Origin: an uncultured virus (IMG/VR IMGVR_UViG_3300005201_000719)
Taxonomy: Duplodnaviria > Heunggongvirae > Uroviricota > Caudoviricetes
Direction: 5' to 3' (one strand)
Length of the DNA stretch: 64,000 bases
IMG/VR virus record: IMGVR_UViG_3300005201_000719
Shown here: piece after piece, positions 1 to 9,006 of the stretch
Layout: the number at the start of each line of letters is the position of its first letter
Position numbering within the stretch: position 1 is the first letter of the stretch
Translations under genes and position numbers: made by a program
Notes under the pieces: generated by a model
Told to the model about the DNA's origin: nothing
Seen by the model: the letters and a program-made list of their open reading frames with translations, nothing else
Databases searched by the model: none

Positions 1-651
1 CTATGCCCCCCTCTTATAAAACCGCAACCCATAACCCTTATAATGAGCTTTCCAGTCTGCCGGGCTGTAATATACACAAAATCCGTCCGGCTTATTCTCC
101 AGGGAGTTTTTGTACGGGTCTGCAACTATTAAATAACGCACGTTCCGCACGTCTGAATTACCGAAACCGTTACCCACATTTTCCGGCCTGTCCTCATACC
201 CAACGACGGTGACATAATGTCCTGGTATCTTAAGAGCGGGAAACTTCATTGACACCATGACAGGCAGCCCAGCGTCAATCTCCGCAACAATACGATCCAC
301 CGTAAACTCATGGTAGGACGACGCCTTATATCCAACCGCTACATTGATAGTTGCATACAATACATCAGCCCATTCCAAAATGTTACCGACTGATTTTGGA
401 ATGCCCATATCAGGCCCATGCGAGCGCCTGGCAAGGGCTTTAATGTCGGCACTGTACGGGCTTGCCGCGTCATTCGCAAGCCAATCAAGATTGTCCTCCG
501 GCTGTTTGTACGGCCCTTTTATTTTATCCACCTCTTTTAAGATATGGAGGCTCTGCGCTCCTGCTGTACGCTGACAAGCGTTATCTCTGTCCCTTTCATT
601 GTTCATCTGGGTGTAAAAATCAGCCCTGTTGGGCAATAATAATTTTTTCAC
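1..651 (-). CDS. C39-like cysteine peptidase, possibly a lysis enzyme
   Basis: NACQRTA (Cys), GHYVTVVGY (His) and IVADPY (Asp) motifs; located downstream of the tail genes. Confidence 0.65.
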   Translation of the reverse strand: MKKLLLPNRADFYTQMNNERDRDNACQRTAGAQSLHILKEVDKIKGPYKQPEDNLDWLANDAASPYSADIKALARRSHGPDMGIPKSVGNILEWADVLYATINVAVGYKASSYHEFTVDRIVAEIDAGLPVMVSMKFPALKIPGHYVTVVGYEDRPENVGNGFGNSDVRNVRYLIVADPYKNSLENKPDGFCVYYSPADWKAHYKGYGLRFYKRGA

Positions 652-661
652 AACATCCCCC

Positions 662-1387
662 TTAACTAATGCCTTTAAGTTTTTTTATGCGCGACTGATT
701 TTTATCAACGCAGTCATCACAGCATATTTTTTTGGCGGCTTCGGTCTTGAATTCGGACTTCGTAGCCTCATACTTCTCGATTTTCTTTTGCATTCCAGCG
801 ACCAGTATCTCTACTGCACCATCAAAAAACTTATCCAAGACGTCGCGGATAGGCTCTTTAATAGCGGCAAAATCTGAGTAACTGTCGTTACACTTAACCA
901 ACCGTACCTTTTCCTGTAGTAACCGATATCGTTTTTCGATGTCCTTAAGGATTATGTTTATGTACTTATCCCTACTTGATTCGGTTAATTTTTCCCACAG
1001 GGTGTTTCGGCGAATTCTTTTGTACAGCTCGCTTTTCACGATGGCGCTAAACTTTTCGTAGGTAAAATAACAATGCTCGCCTAATAAAAGTGGTGGTTCG
1101 AGGCTATCTTCCAACTCTTCTACCAAATCATACAAATTGGCAGTTACCTCATGGTCTATGTCGTCCGTGAACTTCTTCAATGCTTCTTTTAGGAGCGCAT
1201 CTTTATCCCTTTTTGCCAAAAGGCGCGTAATGCCGCCGATGTTCAATTCTTTTTCTCCAAATTTTATTGAAAAACCGTTAAAGAATATAATCGCCACCAA
1301 GACCACAACCGACATGATAATTATCAGTAAATGCTCAATTGGCATTGAGTTAACATCCATTTGGATGTTTGCGTCCAAAAGATACAC
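662..1387 (-). CDS. Protein with an N-terminal transmembrane helix, possibly lysis-associated
   Basis: Hydrophobic stretch LLIIIMSVVVLVAIIFF; GTG at 1387 preceded by GGGAGGG RBS. Confidence 0.6.
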   Translation of the reverse strand: MYLLDANIQMDVNSMPIEHLLIIIMSVVVLVAIIFFNGFSIKFGEKELNIGGITRLLAKRDKDALLKEALKKFTDDIDHEVTANLYDLVEELEDSLEPPLLLGEHCYFTYEKFSAIVKSELYKRIRRNTLWEKLTESSRDKYINIILKDIEKRYRLLQEKVRLVKCNDSYSDFAAIKEPIRDVLDKFFDGAVEILVAGMQKKIEKYEATKSEFKTEAAKKICCDDCVDKNQSRIKKLKGIS

Positions 1388-1406
1388 GTTTCCCTCCCGC
1401 TTGACC

Positions 1407-1481
1407 AAATAAAAACGCCCTCTATGGCGACAACAGGTTTCCCCGGTTATCGACATAGAGGGCGTCCGCTTTTCGGTCGGC
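1407..1481 (-). terminator. Leader motif plus intrinsic terminator hairpin (copy 1)
   Basis: 12-bp perfect stem 1415-1426/1454-1465 followed by TTTTATTT on the minus strand; 22-nt motif at 1460-1481 shared with 23347-23368. Confidence 0.7.
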
Positions 1482-1496
1482 TCTTCTATATCAAAA

Positions 1497-1525
1497 AATA
1501 TAGCATAAAAAAACGGTTCTGTAAA
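1497..1525 (-). promoter_or_regulatory. Sigma70-like promoter for the putative lysis genes
   Basis: TTTACA-17 bp-TATATT with an extended -10 TG. Confidence 0.55.
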
Positions 1526-1528
1526 GCC

Positions 1529-1900
1529 CTATGATGCTAATAAATTGATTTCATCTCTCCAGGACTGGCGTTCCGCAATTTGAGCGGAATATTCGCTTGG
1601 CGTAGCGGAGCCCTCGGCAATCTTTGCCGCGATGTAATCGGTCTCTAACAGTTGGCGCTTGAGTAAAACAACTCTTGCGGCATTTGTTTCCGACTGTTTT
1701 TCCGCATCGGTTTTTCCGATAACGATAACGCCGTTAATCTCCCGCGCTATGCTTCCAGCCGCTTCGAATTCTTCAAGAGGGACTTCCTTCAAAACAGTGG
1801 TAACTCCGTCCAGCTCTTCCATCGCCGAAAGGTTGGTGTGCGCGACCACTGTACCGTCGGCCTTTTTGCCGATAAAAACCATCTTCTGATCCATAAACAT
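1529..1900 (-). CDS. Small tail-associated protein (tail fibre assembly-like)
   Basis: C-terminal LLETDYIAAKIAEG...ERQSWRDEIN motif typical of small genes after tail fibres; GGAGG RBS. Confidence 0.55.
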   Translation of the reverse strand: MFMDQKMVFIGKKADGTVVAHTNLSAMEELDGVTTVLKEVPLEEFEAAGSIAREINGVIVIGKTDAEKQSETNAARVVLLKRQLLETDYIAAKIAEGSATPSEYSAQIAERQSWRDEINLLAS

Positions 1901-1906
1901 CCTCCA

Positions 1907-3040
1907 TCATCTATTATTTACGAACAGTGTATCATATAAACTGTCCATATTTTGCACCGTTTTATAGGCATGGAAACGCCGGATAAAATTACCGCGCCAT
2001 GATTGGTATGATATCCGGAGATCCCCATAATTCATTCTTCCGGAATCCATCAGTTTTCGGAAACTGCGTAGTTTCCGGCGCATCCGTTTTGCGGAATCCT
2101 TTGTCGGTTTCCGCAACACCCTTCCGTTTTCCAACAGATAATACTTCCCCTTTAGAAATAATAAACCTTCTCGCAAAGGAAATATTCTCGTTTTCCTCTC
2201 ATTGACCGTTATACCTAAAGTATCACATACTATTTTTATTTCCGCAAGACATTTCTCTAAATAGCCTTTATCCTTGTGAATTAAATATAGATCGTCCATA
2301 TAGCGGCCGTAAAACTTTATTCTTAGGTTTTCTTTAATAAAATGATCAAGCTTATTTGGATGAAATATAGCAAATATCTGGGACACCTGGCTTCCCAATC
2401 CAAGTGAAATACCGGGACCGAATACTTTAATAAAATCCCAGGACAGGCTTAAAACCTGTTTGTCGTGTACGTGCTGCTGTACCTGGCTCATTAAGATACT
2501 ATGCTGAACGTTGTCAAAGTATTTTTTGAAATCTATTATCAGGGCGTAGCCGTCATTTGAATGCCCGTTCTGCCGGTAGAACCGGCAAAGGTGGGTTATA
2601 AGCCGCCGGATAGCAAAATGTACTCCCTTACCTTTAATGGATGCCCCGTTATCGTGAATCACGGTATTGGTAAGTATTGGCACAAGTACCTGATCGCAAA
2701 GGCATTTCTGTACTACTCGTTCCGTTATATGTACAGATTTTATATGGCGTATTTTCCCGCGTTCATGTAATATAAACTCCACAAAACCGCTCTGGACACT
2801 TTCCCCGGCTTCAAGCCTTCGTTTGGTTTCCCAAATGTGATGAAAGACATTCATCTCATAGCGCTGTGTGGATTCTTTCCACATTACGCCTTTTCGTGAT
2901 GATAGGAACGCTTTATAGAGATTATTGGGATCTGTAATGAGGGAAAAATCATCAAACCGGGCCAGTTTCTCATGGCGTTTTTTTTCACGCTCTGATTTTC
3001 GCCGCTGGTATCTGGCAACCTTTCTTTCTTCACTTGTCAT
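1907..3040 (-). CDS. DGR reverse transcriptase (377 aa from the ATG at 3040)
   Basis: RT motifs ERVVQKCL, IIDFKKYFDNV, LGLGSQVSQ (DGR-type SQ) and YGRYMDD; adjacent to TR and avd; GGAG RBS before 3040. Confidence 0.96.
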   Translation of the reverse strand: MTSEERKVARYQRRKSEREKKRHEKLARFDDFSLITDPNNLYKAFLSSRKGVMWKESTQRYEMNVFHHIWETKRRLEAGESVQSGFVEFILHERGKIRHIKSVHITERVVQKCLCDQVLVPILTNTVIHDNGASIKGKGVHFAIRRLITHLCRFYRQNGHSNDGYALIIDFKKYFDNVQHSILMSQVQQHVHDKQVLSLSWDFIKVFGPGISLGLGSQVSQIFAIFHPNKLDHFIKENLRIKFYGRYMDDLYLIHKDKGYLEKCLAEIKIVCDTLGITVNERKTRIFPLREGLLFLKGKYYLLENGRVLRKPTKDSAKRMRRKLRSFRKLMDSGRMNYGDLRISYQSWRGNFIRRFHAYKTVQNMDSLYDTLFVNNR

Positions 3041-3300
3041 AAACACACTCCATTGAAAAACCCTGTATAGCATCCCCCGGGCTATCGGCAAAGCATCAAG
3101 CCCGGGGGTATGCGTTATCATGCTACATAACATCAACAGGCATGAAACGGCAGGAACGCACACACCACCGCCATGCAAGAAGCGTTCGCCTGGACGTATC
3201 AGAGTTAAAATTCTCCGCCTAAAAAGGACGGAAGGATGCAGTCTCCTTCTGTGGGCGTACAAGTCGGTTATAAATAACCTACATTTGTTTTTGTATCCAC
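3041..3300 (-). ncRNA. DGR spacer region of the TR RNA, structured
   Basis: Lies between TR and RT; 10-bp stem 3074-3083/3099-3108 and hairpin GAAGGA-N7-TCCTTC at 3231-3249. Confidence 0.55.
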
Positions 3301-3304
3301 GGAA

Positions 3305-3397
3305 TCGGGGGCAACGCCACCCACCTCAGACGCATTGTTGTTATTGCTATTACCATTGTTGTTGCAATTACAGAAATTGGCGGCGGACGAAGCCGAG
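3305..3397 (-). repeat. DGR template repeat (TR)
   Basis: Minus strand reads TCG GCT TCG TCC GCC GCC AAT TTC TGT AAT TGC AAC AAC AAT GGT AAT AGC AAT AAC AAC AAT GCG TCT GAG GTG GGT GGC GTT GCC CCC GA; 10 AAY codons; aligns without gaps to VR1 and VR2. Confidence 0.97.
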
Positions 3398-3415
3398 TAC
3401 AGACCGAACCCTTTA

Positions 3416-4012
3416 TTACACTCTTACATTTTCCCCCTTCATTATTTTTTTGGCCATATCGTTAGTGGATTTTCTCCACCCTTTTAATAACCGTATTTCA
3501 AATTCTATTTTGTCAATAAATGGCAGTATTTTGCTCACATCAATAACAAAAGTGTTATACCTCAGGGAGAACACATCAGAAAAGTATTGCAGCTCCTGTA
3601 CAAGTTGTTGGCAGTTGGCGATTGCGGCCGTCTGGTAACGCCGCCTGTCCGCAAGTTCATCTGACTGGACGCGGCGGGTATACTCTTCCGGAAGTTTGGG
3701 AGCGTCAGGGTTTTTTGGATCTTCCATTGCTGACGGGTATATGGAGTTCCCGGCTGTTATATTCATCATCATGTTTCTGAGTATTTGCATGATGTTCCTT
3801 CTGAATTCGGCAAGCGCCCATTCCGGGAATTCTCCAAGGATAACACTTCCATCATCGTTTGGATCTTCAATGTACGTCTTACCATCGTTTGCGGTTTTAA
3901 TTTTTACTCCGAAATTTCGTAACAGGATAGCTGTAAGTTCTTTTCGTAATTGTCTGGCGTTGTTATAAAATTCTAGCTTAGACAAGCCTCTTTTATTCTT
4001 TATGACCGACAC
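3416..4012 (-). CDS. avd: DGR accessory variability determinant (Avd-like four-helix protein)
   Basis: Position between target gene and TR; MSVIKNKRGLSKLEFY start, GNSIYP, RRRYQTAAIANC, EIRLLKGWRKS. Confidence 0.8.
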   Translation of the reverse strand: MSVIKNKRGLSKLEFYNNARQLRKELTAILLRNFGVKIKTANDGKTYIEDPNDDGSVILGEFPEWALAEFRRNIMQILRNMMMNITAGNSIYPSAMEDPKNPDAPKLPEEYTRRVQSDELADRRRYQTAAIANCQQLVQELQYFSDVFSLRYNTFVIDVSKILPFIDKIEFEIRLLKGWRKSTNDMAKKIMKGENVRV

Positions 4013-4060
4013 ATTCCCCCCTCACGAAATGCATTGCTCAAAAAAGTCCAAAAAAATTCG

Positions 4061-4158
4061 GCCGCTTCGCGGCAGTAGGTTTTTGGGGGAGGACTGCTTC
4101 GCAGCCCTCCATTTCGCTATCATAGCATACTCCAATCCCGCCCCACAAGGGGGCGGGA
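4061..4158 (-). promoter_or_regulatory. Hairpin/cruciform elements downstream of VR1 (candidate DGR target recognition)
   Basis: Perfect 9-bp stem TCCCGCCCC/GGGGCGGGA at 4136-4158; two GAA-triloop hairpins at 4088-4110 and 4061-4073. Confidence 0.7.
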
Positions 4159-4176
4159 GAGAAAGATAGGGTGCGG

Positions 4177-5481
4177 CTACGCCACACAGAAAGCGGGGGC
4201 AACGCCACCCACCTCAGACGCAGAGGTATAGTAGCTAACACCAATGAGGTCGCAACTACAGAAATAGGCGGCAGACGAGGCCGAGGGGGTGTGGAGCCAA
4301 TGCCAGTCTCGCGACCCATTCCAGCGCTTTATTCTGTAGACATAACTCCGTTGATAAATCGGGAAATGCACATTGGTATTGTAATATTGCAATTCATCCC
4401 CGTATGTCTCAGCTCCAAACAATTCAATGTCAGTCGGCACCCAAACCGTGTAATTGTTCGATGTGGAGCTGCCTTTTTTGCTGTGGTATTTGCTTATTGT
4501 ATAGAGATAATTACCACCCAAAGCAGCCTTCAATCCGGTTGCGAAAGCTCCAGAACCATCCCCGGTTGCCCCTTCAAGCCATACCCTCAATTCGCTTGCC
4601 TGATAGCCACCGGTATTGGTATCAGACGGATTTACCCTTGCTTTAGCAACAATGTTTCTGAAAACGAACAGGATATGATTCTTTGTGTTTTCTGTGCTTC
4701 CGGCGTTTTTATACGTGTTGAACCCAGCAACGACGATACGGTTGTTTTTGTAGGTGTTATTCCACACCTGCGGCGCATTGCCGTTTGTTGGCGCCGCGAT
4801 ACCAGACAAATCCAACTCGTCTATATAGTCGCCTACCAATATGCCGCCAAAATGAGGGATGCCGGTATTGTCAATTTCACCATTGTTATTGCATCGGCGC
4901 CGGATTTCTGTCATTGCTTCGGCTATTGTAGCAACCCCAAAAACGGTTAAAAGATTTCTGCCAACACCGTCCACTTCCTGCGCGAGTAACGCCGGCAAGC
5001 CTTTTATTTTCATCTTTCCGGACGGCTCGATGAAGACTTCATCAAAAGCTTCACCGCCGCTAACAATGCCAGCAACGCCAACATTGTTACCAATGCCAAC
5101 GCTGTCAACGCCGTCATCCACCCACTCAAATATAGGCGGTTCCTCATTTGGGCTGTTATTCAAAACCCACACATGGCCATTTTTCAGGTTTTTGACGTGA
5201 GTGCCGTCCCAAATTTTTGTCTGGTCGCTCTGCCCGATCTGGTCCAATGCGTACTGGGTAAGATCGCCCTGGCTTGGGGTGTTTGTCCCAAAGTTATGAG
5301 CCGTCAAGTAACCGCCCCGGCCTTTCATGCCGTCGACTTTCTCTTTAAGATAAGCCGTTCTATCGGCAAGTTCTTTGATGGGTACATTATCGAGACCGTC
5401 AGGGCCGCCCTCTACAAATTCCTCCGCATCCCAGCCGTGTACGACTTCCGAATATTCAGCGGCTTCATTGATTTCAAACAT
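4177..5481 (-). CDS. DGR target 1: tail fibre/receptor-binding protein with a C-terminal CLec-like (DUF6273-like) variable domain
   Basis: N-terminal fibre anchor motif VEGGPDGLDNVPIKELADRTAYLK; follows the baseplate genes; the last ~35 codons are VR1. Confidence 0.9.
   Translation of the reverse strand: MFEINEAAEYSEVVHGWDAEEFVEGGPDGLDNVPIKELADRTAYLKEKVDGMKGRGGYLTAHNFGTNTPSQGDLTQYALDQIGQSDQTKIWDGTHVKNLKNGHVWVLNNSPNEEPPIFEWVDDGVDSVGIGNNVGVAGIVSGGEAFDEVFIEPSGKMKIKGLPALLAQEVDGVGRNLLTVFGVATIAEAMTEIRRRCNNNGEIDNTGIPHFGGILVGDYIDELDLSGIAAPTNGNAPQVWNNTYKNNRIVVAGFNTYKNAGSTENTKNHILFVFRNIVAKARVNPSDTNTGGYQASELRVWLEGATGDGSGAFATGLKAALGGNYLYTISKYHSKKGSSTSNNYTVWVPTDIELFGAETYGDELQYYNTNVHFPIYQRSYVYRIKRWNGSRDWHWLHTPSASSAAYFCSCDLIGVSYYTSASEVGGVAPAFCVA
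4193..4285 (-). repeat. DGR variable repeat VR1
   Basis: Gap-free match to the TR: 14 mismatches at TR adenines plus 4 non-adenine third-position mismatches. Confidence 0.95.
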
Positions 5482-5496
5482 ACTACTTTCCTCCCA

Positions 5497-5970
5497 TTAA
5501 AATATGAGCGTCCACTGACCCTCTAAAGAAATATCCGCTGCCTTATGGAGCGGGTGTTCCCTTACCCTTCGCGAATACAGCACACCTCCTGCCGTCACAA
5601 GCCCGAATTCCATAATTGCAAGCCCGTTAGCTTCCGTTACCAGAAGTTCCCAGTCAATTTGCACCTGGCCGTTCTCCGGGTATGAGAAGCCGGAAACATT
5701 TTTTGAAAACGCACCGGTTATCATGGTGTCTGCCAATGTGGGCGGCGTACCATTTGTCCCGAAAGCGATCTTTTGAATATTCCTTCCGTTAAAATCCCCG
5801 GCCGCAAGGTGCGCCATCTGGATTCTGGCACCATTCACGATTAAGTTATGATCCTCTATCTGTTCGATAGGAATCCCGTTCTTCAATACGGTGTACCGAA
5901 GTATTCCTGTTACCGGAGGGTGTTCATCGGTAAACCGTACTTTTGATCCCATTCCTGCCTGTTCGATCAT
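5497..5970 (-). CDS. Tail/baseplate protein (tail-collar-like)
   Basis: HNLIVNG, IAFGTNGT and EANGLAIMEFGL motifs; position before the fibre gene. Confidence 0.7.
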   Translation of the reverse strand: MIEQAGMGSKVRFTDEHPPVTGILRYTVLKNGIPIEQIEDHNLIVNGARIQMAHLAAGDFNGRNIQKIAFGTNGTPPTLADTMITGAFSKNVSGFSYPENGQVQIDWELLVTEANGLAIMEFGLVTAGGVLYSRRVREHPLHKAADISLEGQWTLIF

Positions 5971-5991
5971 GTGATCCTCCTGCTATGTTTC

Positions 5992-7182
5992 TCATTCCAA
6001 GGGAATGAGTATATTTCCGTTGTGCCGGATTTCTCCATTACGCCGGTATGTGCCATTGTGAAAATGGTGATAACGCATTCCTGCCGAAAACACCTCGCCG
6101 ACTTCGCCGTATTCCTCAGTGACCGGTTCTAATGTGCCGTGTAGCCGATGCTGCATTACCGGGAAATTACAATGAGTGTGCTTGCCGTTTCTTTTTATAG
6201 CTCCATTACGCCGGATGTATTTGTTCATAGCATCCGCCATGTCAGCAATCACCTGAATATCCTGTGTGTCTTCAACGTCTGGCAGTATATCTACCATGTC
6301 CATTTGTCCAGAGAGAGCGATTATATCGCTAACTGGTAGCGGATTAACGCCGTCATGTCTAATTGTCGCGTTGCGTTTGAAAAAACCATTACGGTAAACG
6401 CGGCCGTGATATTCGTCTATTGATTCCTGTTCCTTAACGGTAATGGCAAGTAAATCCTGCGCACCAGAAGAATGCCGGAAGGGCGGGAAAATAACACTAT
6501 TGGAAGGTTCCCAATAAACTGTTTTGTGCTGGACAGTTCCGTTCCGTTTCTTCCTTCCATCGTGCTTGAAGCTTTTTGCTTCTACATCCCTGACAGTATG
6601 GCCGTCTCTGGCTATTCTTCCGTTGTGCTTTATTTGTCCAAAGTACTCTTCCTTTACCGATCGTTTTACCGTTATCTTTTGGTCCTCAGATTCGGTTATT
6701 TTTTCTATGAAGTGAAATAATTCTTTGGTGTCATAAGCAACGCCGGCAGCCACTACCTGCTTCATATACTTATTAAAATTCACCGTTGGGCTTTCACCGT
6801 CATGTAATATCGACAATCCGGCCGGATAATTCGGCTGGATGTGTACCACTTCGCTTGAAAAAATAAACTTTATGACTTTGATAATGTCGTTTACACTACC
6901 GTCCGTAGTATTGAGTAATATCCTCAGCCTGATTAAAAGCCGATACAGTTCGTCATCGTTCCCTTCCCGGTTTTCATCTACCAATTTACCAAGGCGGTCA
7001 AGCAGAATGCCTTTTGCTTTGTCCAAATCGTATTGGTCAGACGTTTTGTCAATAAGACGGTCCAATTCGGCAAACTGCGCGTCATCGAAAGATACCAGTT
7101 TTTTCGTTTCCCCGCGGGAAAGATATTGCGGGAGATACGGCGGTTTGTTATAGACGTTAAAGTCTACCGGATCAAACTGCAT
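5992..7182 (-). CDS. Baseplate wedge protein (DUF2612-like) with repeated (R/K)HNG-x-RNG motifs
   Basis: LDKAKGILLDRLGKLV...DDELYR N-terminus; follows baseplate J. Confidence 0.7.
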   Translation of the reverse strand: MQFDPVDFNVYNKPPYLPQYLSRGETKKLVSFDDAQFAELDRLIDKTSDQYDLDKAKGILLDRLGKLVDENREGNDDELYRLLIRLRILLNTTDGSVNDIIKVIKFIFSSEVVHIQPNYPAGLSILHDGESPTVNFNKYMKQVVAAGVAYDTKELFHFIEKITESEDQKITVKRSVKEEYFGQIKHNGRIARDGHTVRDVEAKSFKHDGRKKRNGTVQHKTVYWEPSNSVIFPPFRHSSGAQDLLAITVKEQESIDEYHGRVYRNGFFKRNATIRHDGVNPLPVSDIIALSGQMDMVDILPDVEDTQDIQVIADMADAMNKYIRRNGAIKRNGKHTHCNFPVMQHRLHGTLEPVTEEYGEVGEVFSAGMRYHHFHNGTYRRNGEIRHNGNILIPLE

Positions 7183-8629
7183 TCTCCGCCTCCAAAATGG
7201 TTACCCGTGTTTTATCAATAAGCGCGATCTGCCGTTCATCGATGCTTATGTTTTGCGCGGCATATTCCTGTTCATCTGGCGGCGTCAAATCTCCAGTAAC
7301 CGCAAGCGTTATATCCGCAAGGCCAATTCCAGGAACGCTGTAAATAGGTTTATTGAGCTTCTGATATATCACATCGACGCCGACTTCCTGTTCTGCAGCT
7401 CCATGTTCGTCAATTTTGTTTTTAAGGAGTTCAATTCCGTTTGCCGGGAAATCTTCTTCTGGATGCTTCTGAATAACAACCTTAATCCAGATATATTGAT
7501 TTTCCGGCCGTGAAAAACCGATGTCCCAGGGACGTCCTTCACTATCCTTGATCCTGACAACGGTATTTCCAAAAGGCTGGATGCCTCCCGCCCCTTTCCG
7601 GAATATCGCCTCCGCAATTTCATTATCAACGCCGCCTATAACAATAGCCTCATAGCAGTTAGGGGGGCGGCCGTCATTTGGCTGATGGGATCTGTTTGAA
7701 TAGACCTCGCAATAAAGAACGCCGGGCGCTTTTTTTATCTCATTCTTAATTGCCAACTCATTTCCGGAAGCATTACGCTGACGGTTGTTTTTTTCGATGC
7801 GTAACTCTGAATCGCTTTCTTTATCGCGCCCGGTAATTCCAGTGGCGTAGTTGATAATGTGGTCAAGTCCGCTGACGTTCGATACTATTTTGTCCAACGT
7901 GCCGATACCGGCAAACAACGCCCCGGCCACAACAGCCCTGTATATACCCAAAGCACCTAATGATGTTATTTCAATTTTTGGATCATCACAGAAAAGAGCA
8001 AAGGGAACGATCCCCGCTTTTGAATGAATCTCTATCCCGTCATCTCCGTGATTAACCATTTCAAATACGCCCGGGAAGATGCCTTCAATTTGGTCATAGA
8101 TACCAAGCCCTACGTCAGGTTCTTCATCACCCTCGATAGCGGTATAGGATATCACCCTGCCGTCAATAGAAAAGGAATACAGACCTTCTACCAGCTCCGC
8201 AATCTTGAATTGAAAACCAAGCAGCCTGTCCCGGCTTATCGTAACGGATTCCTGTAAAGCGAATTGATCTCCGGACACGGACATTTTCGCAAGGGAACCG
8301 CTATTGATAGGCGTTCCCTCATCTCCCCAAAGGGCCGTATATACCCTTGTAGCCTCTGCCGGCAGGCGTTCAACGTTCACCAGGGATACAAGACGGTCAA
8401 GATACACGCCGCTTGCGGTATCAGGATCGCCTGCGGCAAATAAACCCTCTGCCATTTCCCAAAGCTGAGTAAGCTTCGCAACCTGTACGCCGATATAAGC
8501 GCCCTCCGGTGTTTCGGTCGATGTGTCGATCTCATATCCAAACGCTGCTTTCCATGCGTCCCTTTCTTCCTGCAAAATAACCGAAAAGGGTTTAGCGATA
8601 AATCCTTTTTCTGTAAGACCGTATTCCAT
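7172..8629 (-). CDS. Baseplate J-like protein
   Basis: YGLTEKGF start, DPDTASGVYLD, GRDKESDSELR, IAEAIFRKGAGGI. Confidence 0.85.
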   Translation of the reverse strand: MEYGLTEKGFIAKPFSVILQEERDAWKAAFGYEIDTSTETPEGAYIGVQVAKLTQLWEMAEGLFAAGDPDTASGVYLDRLVSLVNVERLPAEATRVYTALWGDEGTPINSGSLAKMSVSGDQFALQESVTISRDRLLGFQFKIAELVEGLYSFSIDGRVISYTAIEGDEEPDVGLGIYDQIEGIFPGVFEMVNHGDDGIEIHSKAGIVPFALFCDDPKIEITSLGALGIYRAVVAGALFAGIGTLDKIVSNVSGLDHIINYATGITGRDKESDSELRIEKNNRQRNASGNELAIKNEIKKAPGVLYCEVYSNRSHQPNDGRPPNCYEAIVIGGVDNEIAEAIFRKGAGGIQPFGNTVVRIKDSEGRPWDIGFSRPENQYIWIKVVIQKHPEEDFPANGIELLKNKIDEHGAAEQEVGVDVIYQKLNKPIYSVPGIGLADITLAVTGDLTPPDEQEYAAQNISIDERQIALIDKTRVTILEAENAV

Positions 8630-9006
8630 CAGGTTATCCCTCCATTACTGCTATCCCACACGGTTTCAAGAAGCCCAACATTTGTCTCAGCGGCAATCGC
8701 TACTTCATAAAGACGTTCCTTTTTGTCATACTGCGGCGCAAACTCCACAACGCGCTTAATGCCTTTTATGCTGATCAGTTTTGCCCTTAACGCGGTTTCC
8801 AAAATCGAACGATGTTCTGATTTCCGCGCCGTTTGGGGGCGGTACGGCAAGCCCTTTTCGGTATTCAAATACCATTCGCCTAAAAAAATAGACAGTTCAT
8901 GCCGTACTACCTGGGCTAGGAATTCAAGTTCTGTTTTCGTGTACCTTATCTTTCCGTTTTCGCGGACAAAGTTTGCCGTTTTCGGATCTATGGCTATGCT
9001 TTTCAT
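8629..9006 (-). CDS. Baseplate gp25/gp46-like protein
   Basis: FLGEWYLNTEKGLPY motif; position between spike and J. Confidence 0.75.
   Translation of the reverse strand: MKSIAIDPKTANFVRENGKIRYTKTELEFLAQVVRHELSIFLGEWYLNTEKGLPYRPQTARKSEHRSILETALRAKLISIKGIKRVVEFAPQYDKKERLYEVAIAAETNVGLLETVWDSSNGGIT

Noticed and set aside
1907..3262. RT as a 451-aa protein, or as a group II intron/retron RT
   Set aside because: The upstream extension runs through the structured spacer. The RBS supports the ATG at 3040, and the SQ motif, avd and TR/VR pairs indicate a DGR.
3305..3397. Three-copy repeat as a CRISPR array or simple duplication
   Set aside because: There is no repeat-spacer periodicity, and mismatches concentrate on TR adenines.
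4038..4319. Short ORFs over VR1, TR and VR2 in other frames sharing LRLRWVALPP or GGNATHLRR
   Set aside because: These are alternative-frame translations of the DGR repeats, not genes.
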